Notes: generated by a model from the letters alone, not told the origin. A stretch of DNA of 64,000 bases from Balamuthia mandrillaris (GCA_031835245.2 JAVKOQ020000047.1:1-64000); one strand, 5' to 3'; positions 1-16,616 are shown, counted from the first letter of the stretch. Program-made: numbers and translations.

Positions 1-489
1 AGGGATGTCTTTCAAAAGGTTAGTTGAAAAGTCCAACGACAACAACTTGTTCATGGAACAGAGCTCCAAAGGAAAGGTCGCTATTTCGTTGCAGCTAATG
101 TCTAACTTTCGCAGCTCGCTGAGAGTCCATGTCTTGGCGGGCACTTCAGTGAGGGCCAAGTTGCTGAGGGAGAGGTTGCGTTTGATTTTGCCTTGCTTGG
201 TGAGGAAGGAGAGTCTTCGGTCACCCTTGCCTGGCTTGTCTTTTTGAGCTTTGTTGGGCTTGGGCTTGTCTCGTCCTGGTATGGCCTCCACCTTCTCACC
301 GACGGTGCTGATAGCCTTCATCCAGTCGTTGCGTTCCTCCACCGAGTCCGCCTCTATGACGAAGACCTTGCCTTTGCTCACCATCTGAAAGCATTTGGGT
401 CGGTTGCACAGGTCGCAGAGGTAGCAACCCAAGTCGATGACTCCTTGTGGCGTCGTTGTTGGCTGGTTTTGTAGTGTTAGTCTTTCTTG

Positions 490-526
<37 letters not shown>

Positions 527-892
527 AAGAGAGGAGAACAAGAAGAAAGATCAAAAAACCTTGACTTTGGAGGATTTGTAGTAGAGAAGCTCTTCCGTGT
601 CTTTGCGAAGGATGAACCAACGGCGCTTCCAGTTCTTGCGCACATGACCTTTCTTGGTGAGCCAGCCCTCTTTGACAACGACAGGCTCGCCAGCCGTGGC
701 GGCGCGCGATACCGACACGGAGGAGGAAGTGGTGGTCCTTCTGGTGTTCATGGAAGGCGCCCTTTCCCTGTGGGCCTTGCCGTCAAACTTGTCTTTGCAT
801 GCATGCTCTTCCCTCTCCTGATCCTCTTCCTTCTCCTCCTCCTCCTCCTCCTCCTCCTCCTCTGAATGAGCCACGGCCTTATTGTCCTCCAT
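1..892 (-). CDS. PH-domain plus leucine-rich-repeat protein, 5' part (runs off the window)
   Basis: Exon 892-560 encodes KEGWLTKKGHVRKNWKRRWFIL (PH). After a GT-AG intron, exon 462-1 encodes QGVIDL...EADSVEERNDWMKAI (PH end), then LRRs such as LSELRKLDISCNEIATFP and LLSLDFSTNLLKDIP. Confidence 0.85.
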
Positions 893-1272
893 GGTACTTA
901 GCGGCGCTGCAAAACATAAAAAAAACAAAAAAAAACAAAGAATAGTAAGGCCCCTTGCCTGGCTGCCTGGCTGGCTTGGCGGGTTGGCTTTCAATGCTGC
1001 TACTACTCTTGGTCGTGTGTGGTGGTGGCGGTGGCGGTGGCGGCGACAAGCAGGGTGCACTTTACCCTCCCCTTCGCTCAGCTGCTGTGTGTGGGGAATT
1101 CCTTTGCCGCTGCTTGGGGGGAATGAAACCTACGAGGCTACCAAACTATTTAAGGAAATTGCTGGCACGTGCGTTCTCCTGTGCTGCTGATGTGCTCCTC
1201 TTGTGCTGTGTTGTTTTTACTTTTTGTCAATCATCGATCCACCCAGGCAAGAGGCTGCAGCAGCAGGCTGTA

Positions 1273-1962
1273 ATGATGGAGGAGGAGGCGGAGGAGGCCG
1301 CAGCGCCTCTAGAGGGGAAGGAGCAATCCAAAGAGCTTTTGCCGCATGGGCAATGGTCCCTCCCACTCAGCGATGGAACATGCATGCCTGCCGTTGGTCT
1401 AGGGTACACAAACTTTTGCATTGATGGTTGGTTGGTTGTGCGCCCAGCGAGTGGGGCAGTCGAGCTAACGATATGGGGAGGGACGTCCCCACCTGCAGAA
1501 CATGGAAGCTCCCAAAGGGGCACGAGCGGTTGCGTTCTGTGATTAGCGCCGCGGTTGGAGCTGGGTATCGCTCTTTTGACTGCGCGGAGCTCTACAACAA
1601 CCAAAAGGCTCTCGGCCACGCCTTTCAGGAATTGCTCTCCTCAGGTGTTATTCACAGCAGAGAGCAGCTCTTTCTAACATCCAAGCTCTGGAACACGAAC
1701 CACCGGCCAGCTCTGGTCTTGGAGGCTTGCTCTAGAACGCTCAAGGTCTGCTTTGTTGTTTTTCCTTTGCGGCCACTCTATGAACGAAACATGTCGTTCT
1801 TTCAAATAGGAGCTACAGGTGGAATGGCTGGACCTCTACTTGTTGCACTGGCCGGTGGCGTTTTTGCCGGAGGCTCGCCCTCCCTATCGAAGGGGCCCCT
1901 TTGTTCGTGCTGAGCTGCTTGACAATGAGACAAGTCTGCAAGATACATGGCGTGCCATGGAG

Positions 1963-1999
<37 letters not shown>

Positions 2000-2626
2000 A
2001 ATTGAGCTAATTTAACAGACAACATGGTCACAACCACCGCGAAATAGGAGTTGGTAGCAAAGGGAATGGTGAAAGGAATAGGCGTATCAAACTTTACCCA
2101 AAACAACCTGAAGCAGTTGCTCTCGTTTGCCCGCATCCCTCCGCTGGTCGACCAAATAGAAATGCACCCATATCTCCTTCAGCCGCAATTACTCGACTAT
2201 TGCGCCGCCAACAATATAAAGGTGGTTGCCTATTCTCCGCTGGCACAAGGGACAAAACGTGGTGGTAGTGGCGGCCTGCTCCAAGAACCAACGGTATGTG
2301 AGCGTTCCCATTTCTCTTTTGTCCCTCTCTAGTCGACTACGAGGGCTTGACAATCACTAACGTCTGTTATGATGAAACTTATCATGGAACTCCAGGTAGG
2401 AGAAGTGGCTGAACGCCACAATAAGAGTGGAGCCCAGGTGGTATTACGGTGGGCTATCCAACATGGCGTTGCTGTTATTCCCAAGAGTGAGAGGGAGGAG
2501 CACCTCCGACAAAACATTGCTCTATTTGACTTTGAGTTGAACCAAAATGACATGAGCCTACTGGACAGCCTCCACTGCGGCAAACGCACTATCAAGGCAT
2601 GGCTGCCCCACCATCGCTGGGATTAA
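1273..2626 (+). CDS. Aldo-keto reductase (multi-exon)
   Basis: Motifs MPAVGLG/TWK, GYRSFDCAELY, REQLFLTSKLW, LDLYLLHWP, IGVSNF, QIEMHPY and VIPKS. The D/Y/K/H catalytic tetrad is present. Confidence 0.93.
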
Positions 2627-2884
2627 TCCTTCGTACGTACACCATCACCCATGGAGTACCGTAGCAAGCAGCATCACCGTCTCTAGCTAGATGTCCAACA
2701 AGAATGTACGGTTGGCATAAGAGCAACAGGGGGTTCCGTTCAGCGACTTCAGGCAACCCTTTTGTTGTCTGTAGGACAGGTATTTCCATGGCTGGCCATC
2801 GTATGTCAGTGGCCGCCGCTGTATCTGCATTGTTGTGTTACAAAGTAACTTAATGAAGGCAGAGCATTGCGTTCATGTTGTGTG

Positions 2885-2926
<42 letters not shown>

Positions 2927-3039
2927 CCTCTCGTCTTGAACGGGATAATACGCAGAGGAGAAAGTAATAAGCCGAAGTAATACACCGATTGGCGCTGCCA
3001 TTACGGCCTTCCCCCAAAAAGAAAGAAAGAAAGAAAGAA

Positions 3040-5562
<2,523 letters not shown>

Positions 5563-5678
5563 CTTGCCAAGCTTCAACCAAACTAACATGCCATCAACAG
5601 CACTTTCTGTGGTTTCTCCTGATTTCAATAAAAAGGCAATGTAATGTACAATGTTTCTTTAACTACTTCGAAAGGCTG

Positions 5679-6966
5679 CTAATACATGGTGATCGTGCGA
5701 AGGTTGCGATAACCCTGCAATAGGGCCTGCAGCACGCTGCAATCGGAGAGATCGCCTGCGGAGAGCCGCTTTCGCGACTGTGTTATTGCAGATAACATCA
5801 CTGCTCTCATGTGGTGCCGGTCTGCATCACTTAGACAAGCATTTGCACTGGTTGCCCGTACAAGCTCCTTTGCAAGCTCTATTTCTGCTACCCGCAGCTC
5901 TCTATCCTGCTGACCTTCTATAGAGGCCACTTGCTGTTCCAGTTTCAGTCGAGTTGGAGAAAAGCAGCCACAGAGAGAGAGTGGGTGGGTGGGTGTGTGG
6001 GTGGGTGGGTGGGTGGGTGAGTGAGTGAGTGCAGAATAAGGATGGATGTACAGCTACCTTGGTTAATAGTAACAGGATGCGCCCTACCAGAACGAGCTTC
6101 TCATCAGAAATAGGGGTATTGGGATCAGAAGGCTTTCGCCTCCTTTTGGTGGTGATGCCTTGGACGGTAGGGGTGGTAGTAGCGGAAAGGGCGGTACTTG
6201 GAGATGGATGTGCCTGCGAGTCTTGAGATTGGAGTTTGAGCGTAAGGACATCCATGAGCTGAGTGATTTCCTGCTGCACAGCGATGCTTTCCACGTCAGA
6301 AGTTTGGCCTGCGATGACCGATTGGAATGAGTTGTTGCACACCAATAGAGAGTATTCGTCATTGTCAGCCAACGCATGGAGGTGTGCTGTAGCCTCCTTT
6401 TGTGGGAACAGATTCACTAAGGTAAGCAAAAACCATAAGAGAGGCGAAGCGGAGGAGGAAGGAAAGCCTATAGGACACCTTTCTGAGAGTCCAAAGGATG
6501 GCAGCAATGATGCCAGTTTCAGTAACGCCATTACTACGTGGGGTAGTCGTACGGCAATCGCCACTGGTGGCTTGTTGGGCGAAGGCAGGTTCAAATTTCT
6601 TCCGCCAGGCCAAGAGGTGGTGCTCTATGACATTGCGAGCAGCCACCGCCTGTTTTTTCAGGTTGGGTTCGGGCGATTGTTCTTCCGGTTGTACAGGCTG
6701 ATACACAGACGAGTTTCTGATGGTCTACGTACCAAGAAGAATTAGCTGAGCATGGACGCTTGAATCATGAAAAGAGAAAAGAAAGCCATACCTCTGAAAG
6801 TTGCAAGATTGCATTCAGAGCACCTGCTCTAGTATGTTCGGTTGGAGAGAAGGAGCTCTCCTCAGAGGGCATACCCACACTGAAGAGTAGCCTTATTAGA
6901 TGCTGTTTTCGTTGTAAGATATTATTCATTATGGGTTAACGATAAAGTGTAAGAGAAGGGAGGAAG

Positions 6967-7011
<45 letters not shown>

Positions 7012-7912
7012 TGAGCAGAGAACGTACAAGCACGGCATCGATGGCTAATAAAAGGCAGTGGTGTCGAGAGTCTATGGCGAAGGGAAGAGGTTTTGCTGCC
7101 AATGTCGGTAATTTAGCGAATGGTTGTGAAGCGTTTGTATTGGAGGTGGCAGAGGGGGTAGTGGCAGTGGTAGTGGAAGGAGGAGCAGCTAGGGGATCGC
7201 CCTCCATGCTAGAGGTATTGCTGCTCCAGCTTCTTAGCAGTGATTGAACGTGGTCGCTACGTAGAAACTTGGGCAGCACATCTGACGTATTACGCATGCA
7301 TCATGGAGGGATAGCAGCAGTTTCAGTTAGCCATGCAGTTCAGCAGTGAACAGAGCAGCAGGAAAGCAGAGCAAAGGACTAACCTGCTTTGAGAAGTTCG
7401 GCGATAAAGTCCTTGGCGGCGGAGAACATGGTAGGGGTTGGCTTGGCAAGGCGGGCCTCTATCTCGGCTGTGACGGGAGAGTCCAGGTTGACCTGCTGCT
7501 CCGCGTTCAATGCCACGTACCTGGAGTTGAGGGGTTGAAGTTCATTCCCATTGTCAGCCTATGCTATGGGCAAAGAGGAACAGAGGAAGAAGAAGAAGAC
7601 AAGGCAAGGTACGCACTTGTGAAAGATGTGCGCAGCCTTGGCGGCCATTTGCTCAGCAGGAAGCTTCTCAAAGTGAAGCACCTCCAGCATGAAGTGCACA
7701 TTTTCCACGCAGGCCTTTTGCTGGCAGAACTGGGTAAAGGGTTGCAGCAAGGCGGGGCTCATCAGAATATCGTACACGCCAGGCGGCAACCCAGAGGAGG
7801 AGGAGGAGGATCCTATCGCAGGGAGACCACCACCACCACCACCCCCCTCGGCACCTCCAGCAGCAGCAGCAGCAGCAGCAGGAGGAGCAGCTTCCTTCCT
7901 CTCCTCCTCCAT
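5679..7912 (-). CDS. RGS-domain protein with a long uncharacterised C-terminal region (multi-exon)
   Basis: FTQFCQQKACVENVHFMLEV...AAHIFHK/YVALNAEQQVNL...MFSAAKDFIAELL/DVLPKFLRS fits an RGS domain. The downstream exons are approximate. Confidence 0.75.
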
Positions 7913-8245
7913 CTCTATTTATTTGTTGTTGTGGAGCTCTTCTCTTTTGTTGAGAACCACCGACATCATGGTCATTAGCTGTACAGGTGGTGCAGGGGGG
8001 CAGCAGCAGGGCAGCACGCCCCCTCCCCCGCGGTAGTACACTTCGGTGCCCCAGGCAGAGCAGCAGGAAAGGAGCACAAGGCAAGAAGAAGAAGAAGAAG
8101 AAGAAGAACAAGAACAAGAACAAGAACAAGAAGAAGAAGAGGAGGAGGCAAGAAGCAGCATAAGAAGGAGCTTTTTGCTGCACCCACCCACTTGCAGCAG
8201 CAGCAGAGCAGAAGCCAGCGGTTGCAGCAGCGGGCACAGGCTTAG

Positions 8246-9900
<1,655 letters not shown>

Positions 9901-10038
9901 GTGATGGTGATGTGGCACATGGCAGGCTATAATAATAAAAGTATTGGAGATGATAGGAACTACTTTGCTTGGTGGCGAAAAATGGTGCCACAAATGTTTG
10001 GTTTATTGTGGCGGGCATGACAGGTTTGTTTGTGTTAA

Positions 10039-10760
10039 AAATACCTTCCAGGTGCCATCAACCCCGTGTTCGACCCAGTGGCGGACGCTTCGGTCTGGAA
10101 CTGGATGACAAGGGGCGCTTGAAGCGAACCTGTACACTGCACAAGGACAAACGTCAGCATCATGGCCTTGGATGCAGGGTTCGCACCTTCCTGTGTGGAT
10201 ACAGTCCTACCGAGAGAACAATACGTGAGGAAGTTTGCGCGCAATGACTTTGGCCGCATCTAGCGTCTCGGAAAGCATGCCGATGCCTTGCAGTCCAAGA
10301 TCGACCGTTCCCCTCGGAGTCGCCGCAAGAGAAAACTTCGCACTCTGCTGAAACTGCGGAGGAGGATCACCAACCGGGCCGATGATTTTCATCGCAAGAC
10401 GGCCTTGTTCATTTGCCGCCGCTACGACCACGTCATCTTCCCTTCCTTTGGCGTAAAGGGCATGACGGCCACACGAGATAGACGGAGGAGGAAGCGGTTA
10501 GGATGCTCTACTCCTGGGGTCATTACCGGTTCCGCCAGTGGTTGCTTCAAAAAGCGAGGGAGTGAGCGACCAAGGTCTACGTGCGCTCTGAGGCCTGGAC
10601 CAGCAAGACCTGCACCAGGTGCCTCCGTGTGACGCACGAGCAGCCGAAACACAACCAGCGAGAGCGGATCTTCGAGTGCGGACATAGGGACTGTGGGATA
10701 CATCTGGATCGAGATATAAATGGAGCGCGCAACATTCTTCTACGGAACCTTGTTGCGTAG
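10039..10760 (+). pseudogene. Fanzor/TnpB RuvC-zinc-finger nuclease pseudogene (5'-truncated)
   Basis: Frameshifts near 10178, 10245 and 10500. In-frame stops at 10261 (TAG) and 10563 (TGA). Terminal TAG at 10758-10760. Confidence 0.88.
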
Positions 10761-10901
10761 CGTTGCCCGATGGAGCCATATGGGGACGCGCCGATGGGAA
10801 AGTGGATGGGCGCTTCTGTAGCCCTCTAGCCCACCCCATCCTCGCATTCTCACAAGAACTTTTATTTGTGGGTTTACTCACTTGTGTGACTTTTAATCCA
10901 T
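10761..10901 (+). ncRNA. Candidate omega-RNA scaffold remnant
   Basis: Lies 3' of the Fanzor ORF. Nested stems GATGGG/CCCATC, GTGG/CCAC and GGGC/GCCC (10793-10840), plus a CTCACAA/TTGTGGG hairpin (10849-10872). Confidence 0.45.
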
Positions 10902-10995
10902 CAGGTTTGTTTGTGTGCATATGCACATAATATTTGGGTTTTGATCACCCCGCCCGCCCTGCTCGAGGAGAAAAGTGGTTGGTTGTTGTGTGGTG

Positions 10996-13900
10996 CTAGT
11001 CTTTTTTGTTTGTCTTTTTCCTTTGCTTGGCAAGGCGAGCCTGTTCCAGCTTGTTGGCTTGCCGAGGTACACCCCCACTGCCACTGCGGGTCGGTTCCTC
11101 AAATATCCAGTCGTCATCGTCTCCCCAGCCATTACCACCACCGTTGCCATCCTCCTCATCCTCATCCCCATCCCATCCCCAACCGTCGCCGCTACGGCTC
11201 CCTCCTCGCGCGGTACCGCCACTGCGGCTGGCACTGTTGTTGGCGCTGGAGGCAGAGCTAGAGGCAGTGGTGGAGGAAGTAGAAGGAAGAGAAGGAGAGG
11301 ACAGAGTATTGTCTCCCCATGAGTCAACACCATCGGTACTATCCCAGGCATCGCCATCGCCCCACCCTCCATCTTCTTCTTCTGCGGTTGGCAGGGCAAG
11401 AATGGAGGACTTGGCAGAGGAAGGCGCAGCTAGCTTCAACGTCAACGTTGTGTGTGATCTGCTTGCTAGCCGATCATCCTTCTCTTCGTCCTCCTTGCTG
11501 GACACTTTGCTCCAACTGTCCTCTTCATCTGTGTCATCATCGCTCCAGCCTCCCTCACCGTCTGCCGCCAATGAGGAGACTGCTGCATTGGGAGTTTGCG
11601 TTGGGATAGTGGGACTTATTGATCCTGCAGGTAGTGAATTATTGCTAATTGGTGGTGCGGTAGTCTTGGTGGTTGGTTTAACCGGCTCCTCTCCATAGAT
11701 CTGCTCCAATAACCAAAAGAGTTTAGGTCAGTTTTTAATGTGGAGGTATCACAAAACTCGTTTTCTTTTACCTTTTTGGACAAAGAGTCAAAAGCCCACG
11801 AAAATATTTTCTCGTGCGAGGACGTTGCTGGCTCATCTTCCGGCAGTGGAGCATCCCCTGCCTACAGGATGTGCGGAATGGGTGAATATGAGGCAAAAGA
11901 ACAAATAAGAGAGAAAAAATTCGCTACCATCTGGGAGGCCTTTTCAAGCTTATTGATGAATGTGTGAATTGCCTGTAAGGCGGTCTCTCTCACCCTCTTT
12001 TCAGGATCAACAGTTAGCACAGAGATAGAAGGTACTATCCGCTTGGCTGTATCATCCACATCGTAATAATCAACGGTAGCTGATGTTATATTAAGTCAAG
12101 AGGTAAGGTAATTGTTAGTGGAGGAAGGTAGGAGCGTTTCAAGCTGGGAGGTAATGATACCGGCAAATGCCATCAGAGCAGAGACGCGGGCAGGTGGGAA
12201 GGGATCTCTGAGAGCTCTGGAGAAGGCCACCACCAATACTTTTTTCCTCGTCTGAAAGCGTTCAATGAGAAAGAAGGTAGAACAGAAGAATAGAACAAGG
12301 CGTACGGAGTCGGAGAGGAAGCGGGAAATGCGGCCAAGACAGATGGTGGTGTTCGTGCGAATGAGTGGCTCTCTATCCATTTGTAACTTTGCAAAGTATT
12401 GCATAGCTTGTGTGTTCAGTGTTGAGGCGTTGAGCTTTCTCGTTGGTTTTGTCAATATATTCCCATTTTTTAACTAAACAAAAAAGAGAGTGATACCTTT
12501 GGAGCTAGATAAACTACAGAGCGAATGGTGAGCTCCCGCAGCTTGGGAGCCGGGTCAGAGAAACCTAACGCCACACAAGGGAAAATATTATCATTCACAA
12601 TTTGCGGAGACAGATGCTCAGCAAAGCTTTCCATGTTCTCTAACAAATTCGCTTTTAACTCCTTATCATTACCGGTGAACCATTTCACGATGCTGGAGAA
12701 TGAGAGTGAGTAGTTTGTTGGCAATCGAAACAAAAGAGATGAAAAAACATATAAAGACCTAGGGATGACCTGAGCCGCATATTCATCAGCTGATAAATGC
12801 TTTCCAATTTTTAAAAGGGATACAAGAGCACGTGCATTCGCTAAATTAACAGGACAGCCTGAGCACAAAGACCAAAAACGAGAAAAAGAAAGAAGTCTTC
12901 AAGATAGGTTACTAACCATAGCCATAGTTGATGGCCTGAAGTAAACTGGGCAATATCTTTTTGGTACATAAGTTTTGTGGGAAGGAGTCCAATAATGCTG
13001 GTAGCTCCTTGAAGAAGGCATCTTTTTGCGTGGGTTCTTTGAGAGCGATATTTTCGAGGAAGCGACAGGTGCGAACGATATTGTTATCGAAGTATTTGCA
13101 AACCAATACAGCATCCATTTCAATCCTTTTCTTTCCGTCTGAGCTGAACATTTTTTGGTAGCAAGGCACTAGTGCCTACAACAGTTATGGTGGATTGTTC
13201 CACGTTAGAATACACAAATGCGCTTGATAAAGGCGAGAGATCAAGGGCTTACTTTAGGGATGTTATTCGTATTCTGTAGCTCTTCACTGCGCTGCAATGA
13301 TCCATTAAAGAGCTCGTAAAGAAGGCAACCCACTAGCCAGCTGTCAACTGCGTGGACAGGGCCTTGTTGCAGCACAGGCCAGGCCTTCTTTCGGACCTCC
13401 GGTGGTTTATATTTGTTGTCTAGTATCTCTTCGCAATAATCCTTACAGTGTAGCTTGGTTAGCACCCTAAGAAAACCCGGAGGGAAACAAACACAACAGC
13501 ACAAAAGAGATGAAAGGGATGTTAGGTCAAAGGGACGAGGAAAAACCTTAAATGGAGTAAGAGACTGCAGGTCGGACACCAAGAGGAAACTGCCCAGTTT
13601 CCAATCGCCAGAAGCCGTCACAAAAATGGAGTTTAAGCCAACAGTGCCGTGCAGTAATTTACAGTCGGTGTTGAGAAACCGCAGAGCTTCCTACGTGAAG
13701 AAGGCGGATAAGGCGTGTGGTTAAGAAGCGAGAGAACGAACAGGGGGCGGGAGGGAGGGAGGGAGGAGGAGGAGGGAGGGAGGGAGGGAGGGAGGGAGGA
13801 GGGAGGGGGAGGGAGGGGAGGAGGGAGGGAGGGAGGGAGGGAGGGAGGGAGGGAGGGAGGGAGGGAGGGAGGGAGGGAGGGAGGAGGAGGGAGGGAGGGG

Positions 13901-14474
13901 AGGGAGGGAAAAGAGCAAAATGCCAGTCGAGTGAACCACATGGGTGAATGGTGAGAGCAGAAAGAGTACCAAAACTTGAGCAAGACCCCATGAAAGGCCG
14001 ACCTCCTTCTGAGGAGCATCTTTTTCAAGGTCAACAACAAGAGGCACAACGCACTCTGTAACAATGTAGTACTTTGTGGGGAGTTCCAGCCCGTCGAGAT
14101 AGGGCAGCAGGTTGGGGTGCCGCAACGTCTTCATCCTGCGGAACATGTTGGCAGCAGCAGTGGCATGAGGCGATACCAAGTCTGGTTTTACTTTATCAAA
14201 AATGAAGATGGAAACACGAGAGCCATCCTCCTAACACGGTCACAGAGGAAACAGCCAACAACAAGCGTCAGTTTGAGCAGCTGTTCCGAATGGGAAGGAA
14301 ACAAGGCAGTGTAGCGGAAGGGCGGTTGAATTGAGGGGGAGGGAGGAGGACGACGAGGAGGAGAAGAAGGAAGGAGAGTACTACCTTGCGTACACCCTGG
14401 TGGAGGCTCCATTGGTGGTTGGTGGAGGTGGCTTCCCCTACCTCGTATGGGAATTGTGACTGTTGTATTCCCAT
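10996..14474 (-). CDS. SCYL1: SCY1-like pseudokinase with HEAT repeats (multi-exon)
   Basis: Motifs FPYEVGE, RMKTLRHPNLL, SGDWKLG, GFSDPAPKLRELTIRS, IRTNTTICLG, FSRALRDPFPPAR and DPEKRVR, and an acidic tail with GWGD repeats. Confidence 0.9.
13741..13910. repeat. (GAGG)n tract in a SCYL1 intron
   Basis: Tandem GGGA/GAGG units. Confidence 0.9.
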
Positions 14475-14907
14475 TGCTGCTGCTGCTGGCCTGGCTTTAT
14501 TTTTGGAGGGCTTTGGGGGGGATACTGAGCCAAGCTGAGGGAGCAACTGTTACTGCAGGAGAGCGACTATCGAGAAGGAGAAGGCGGCCCTTGTTTTTTT
14601 GGTGAGCAGCACCAGCAGCAAAGGTGTCCAACTTGTGCGCAGAGCAGGCCCTATGATTGAGGGGTCCCCTCCCGGCACGACCCTTCGAGTAACAAAGCCA
14701 AAAGGTTTCGGAGCCCTTTCCAGGGTGATCCTTATTTTCACCCCACCCCACCCAGGCAGCACCACCCATTTTTACGAAACGGCGGCACGCGCTATGTGCA
14801 AAAACGGTGTGCGGCGCAGCAGCTGCCCACTGCTTTTTGGTACTTTGCGAGGAAGAGGACCCTTGCCCCGCCCTTTCTGGAAGCCGTCCTTTTCTGCTTA
14901 TTCAACA

Positions 14908-16589
14908 GGTCCGACCAACAAGTGTTTTTGTTTCCACCACCAACCACCTTCAATGAGTTTTGTAGTGGTATACTTTGACTGAATTTCTTTGTTCCCTTCT
15001 GTTAAGATCTGTACGCAACCATCAAAGAAGCCACAGAAGACGAAGCGGAACCCGGCTTGATTCGTTTGGACGACAACCATGCTTGGCCCATCAGCATCAA
15101 AACAGGCATGCAACTAATTGTTCGCGAGTGTTATCCTCGAATGTTCGAACTTTCACAGCAACTGGCCAAAGTGACGAGAGGCGGCGGCGGCGTAGTGTTC
15201 AGCGGTAATCCTGGAATCGGTAAGGGCCTAGACTACTTGTTTGCTCCTTTCTCCAACTTCTCCCCCCTCCCCTCCCCTCCCCTCGCAGGAAAGACCTGGT
15301 TCCTGAATTACACTTTGTGGAGGTTGCTTCAGCAGAACAAAACCGTCTTAGTTGAGTCGATCGCACAACACAAAGTTTGGCTGTTCAAGGAGGGTCGGGT
15401 CCAAGCGGCTTCTCGTGAGGACAAGAAACAGGTCGTTGAGATCTTTCAAACAGTGGAACATGATACAGACGCGTGTTATCTATTTGATCCATGTGGCGAC
15501 ATCCCCAGAGAGCCATTGGAAATAAGACCTTTCACGGTCGTCACGGCTTCTCCCAACCCACAACACTATAAGCAATTCTACAAACGTACAAGTGACAAAT
15601 ACTGCGTTCCCTGCTGGTCTTGGGAGGAGTTGAAAAAGCACGTGTCTCATGCAGCCCAAACAGTGGCCCCAGGTAAACAGTGTTTTTGTTTGTGCTCTTT
15701 TGCCTTGGCAGTGTGCTGGCGTGGATTACTGGGGACAGGTCTTACCATGGATGAGGCGTATGACCACTTCAAAATTTTTGGTGGCATTCCTAGTGACGTC
15801 TATCAAACGAGAGCACAAGCCAAGAGAACGAAAGCCGAACTGGATGCCGTGATTCACCAGCTGGATATGCGTGCCCTCTCTCTGGTCATAAATGACCTGG
15901 AGACAGTTAGATACTATCAAGGCCAGCTTTCACACCAAGTGCTGCGGCAAGAGGCGGACCCCGAAACTTTCAAGTCGAAGGGCATTCGTTATGCATCGGA
16001 CTACGTAAGGGACGCAGTTTATGAACGGAAATTGAAGAACAATCAGTCAGAACTAGGCAGAGCAATCCATGAGTTGCGAGGGGCTTTGGTGGGAGATATT
16101 TTCGAGCGCTATGCAACCTCACGCCTTGCATCGGGAGAGTGCTTCCGAATTTACCCTTTGCATCCTGATGGAAAGGCGGCTTGGCTGAGGATACCTGCAA
16201 GGAGCTGTTGACAAAGCTAGGAGTGGGCAAAGACAAGCCCTTGAAGTTGTATTGGGTTTTGCAAGATGGTGAGGGCCAGGAGTATCCCAAACAACAATTC
16301 AACAACCAACCAAAGGACAACCAAAACTCTCAGCAGAAGGTAACACTCGTTGACTTGCGGCAATGACAGACTGTTGTGCTAACTGATCGTGGTTTACGCC
16401 TTTTCATAGGGTGGTGATGAGGACAACGATTTCATTGAAGTGCGGCTTTGTCAGTTTGCTTTGGAGCTTCCCACATTACCCTATGAAGGCATGGATAAGT
16501 CTCAGCTTCAAGAATTGTGCGTGAAAAAGGGACTCGCCATGAATGGAACCAAAAGCAAACTCATATCTTGTTTGGAGGGAGGGGAGTAA
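14908..16589 (+). pseudogene. Crinkler/RHS-like P-loop NTPase plus partial REase and C-terminal SAP domain, probably disrupted
   Basis: GNPGIGK(intron)TWFL, YLFD, VTASPN, PCWSWEEL, FGGIP and GDIFE. A frame break near 16190-16210 is followed by PLKLYWVL. The last exon encodes YEGMDKSQLQELCVKKGLAMNGTKSKLISCL (SAP). The start is uncertain. Confidence 0.7.
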
Positions 16590-16616
16590 GCAGCCCAGGC
16601 AAAAACAACGACAAAA

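Larger units (their letters stand above)
10036..10901 (+). mobile_element. Degenerate Fanzor2/IS607-TnpB-like element fragment flanked by 15-bp direct repeats
   Basis: RuvC-I MALDAG/VRTFLCGYSP, bridge helix LRRRITNRADDFHRKTA, HVIFPSF, SEAWTSKTCTRC, CGHRDCG and DRDINGARNILL*. CAGGTTTGTTTGTGT occurs at 10021-10035 and 10902-10916. Confidence 0.88.
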
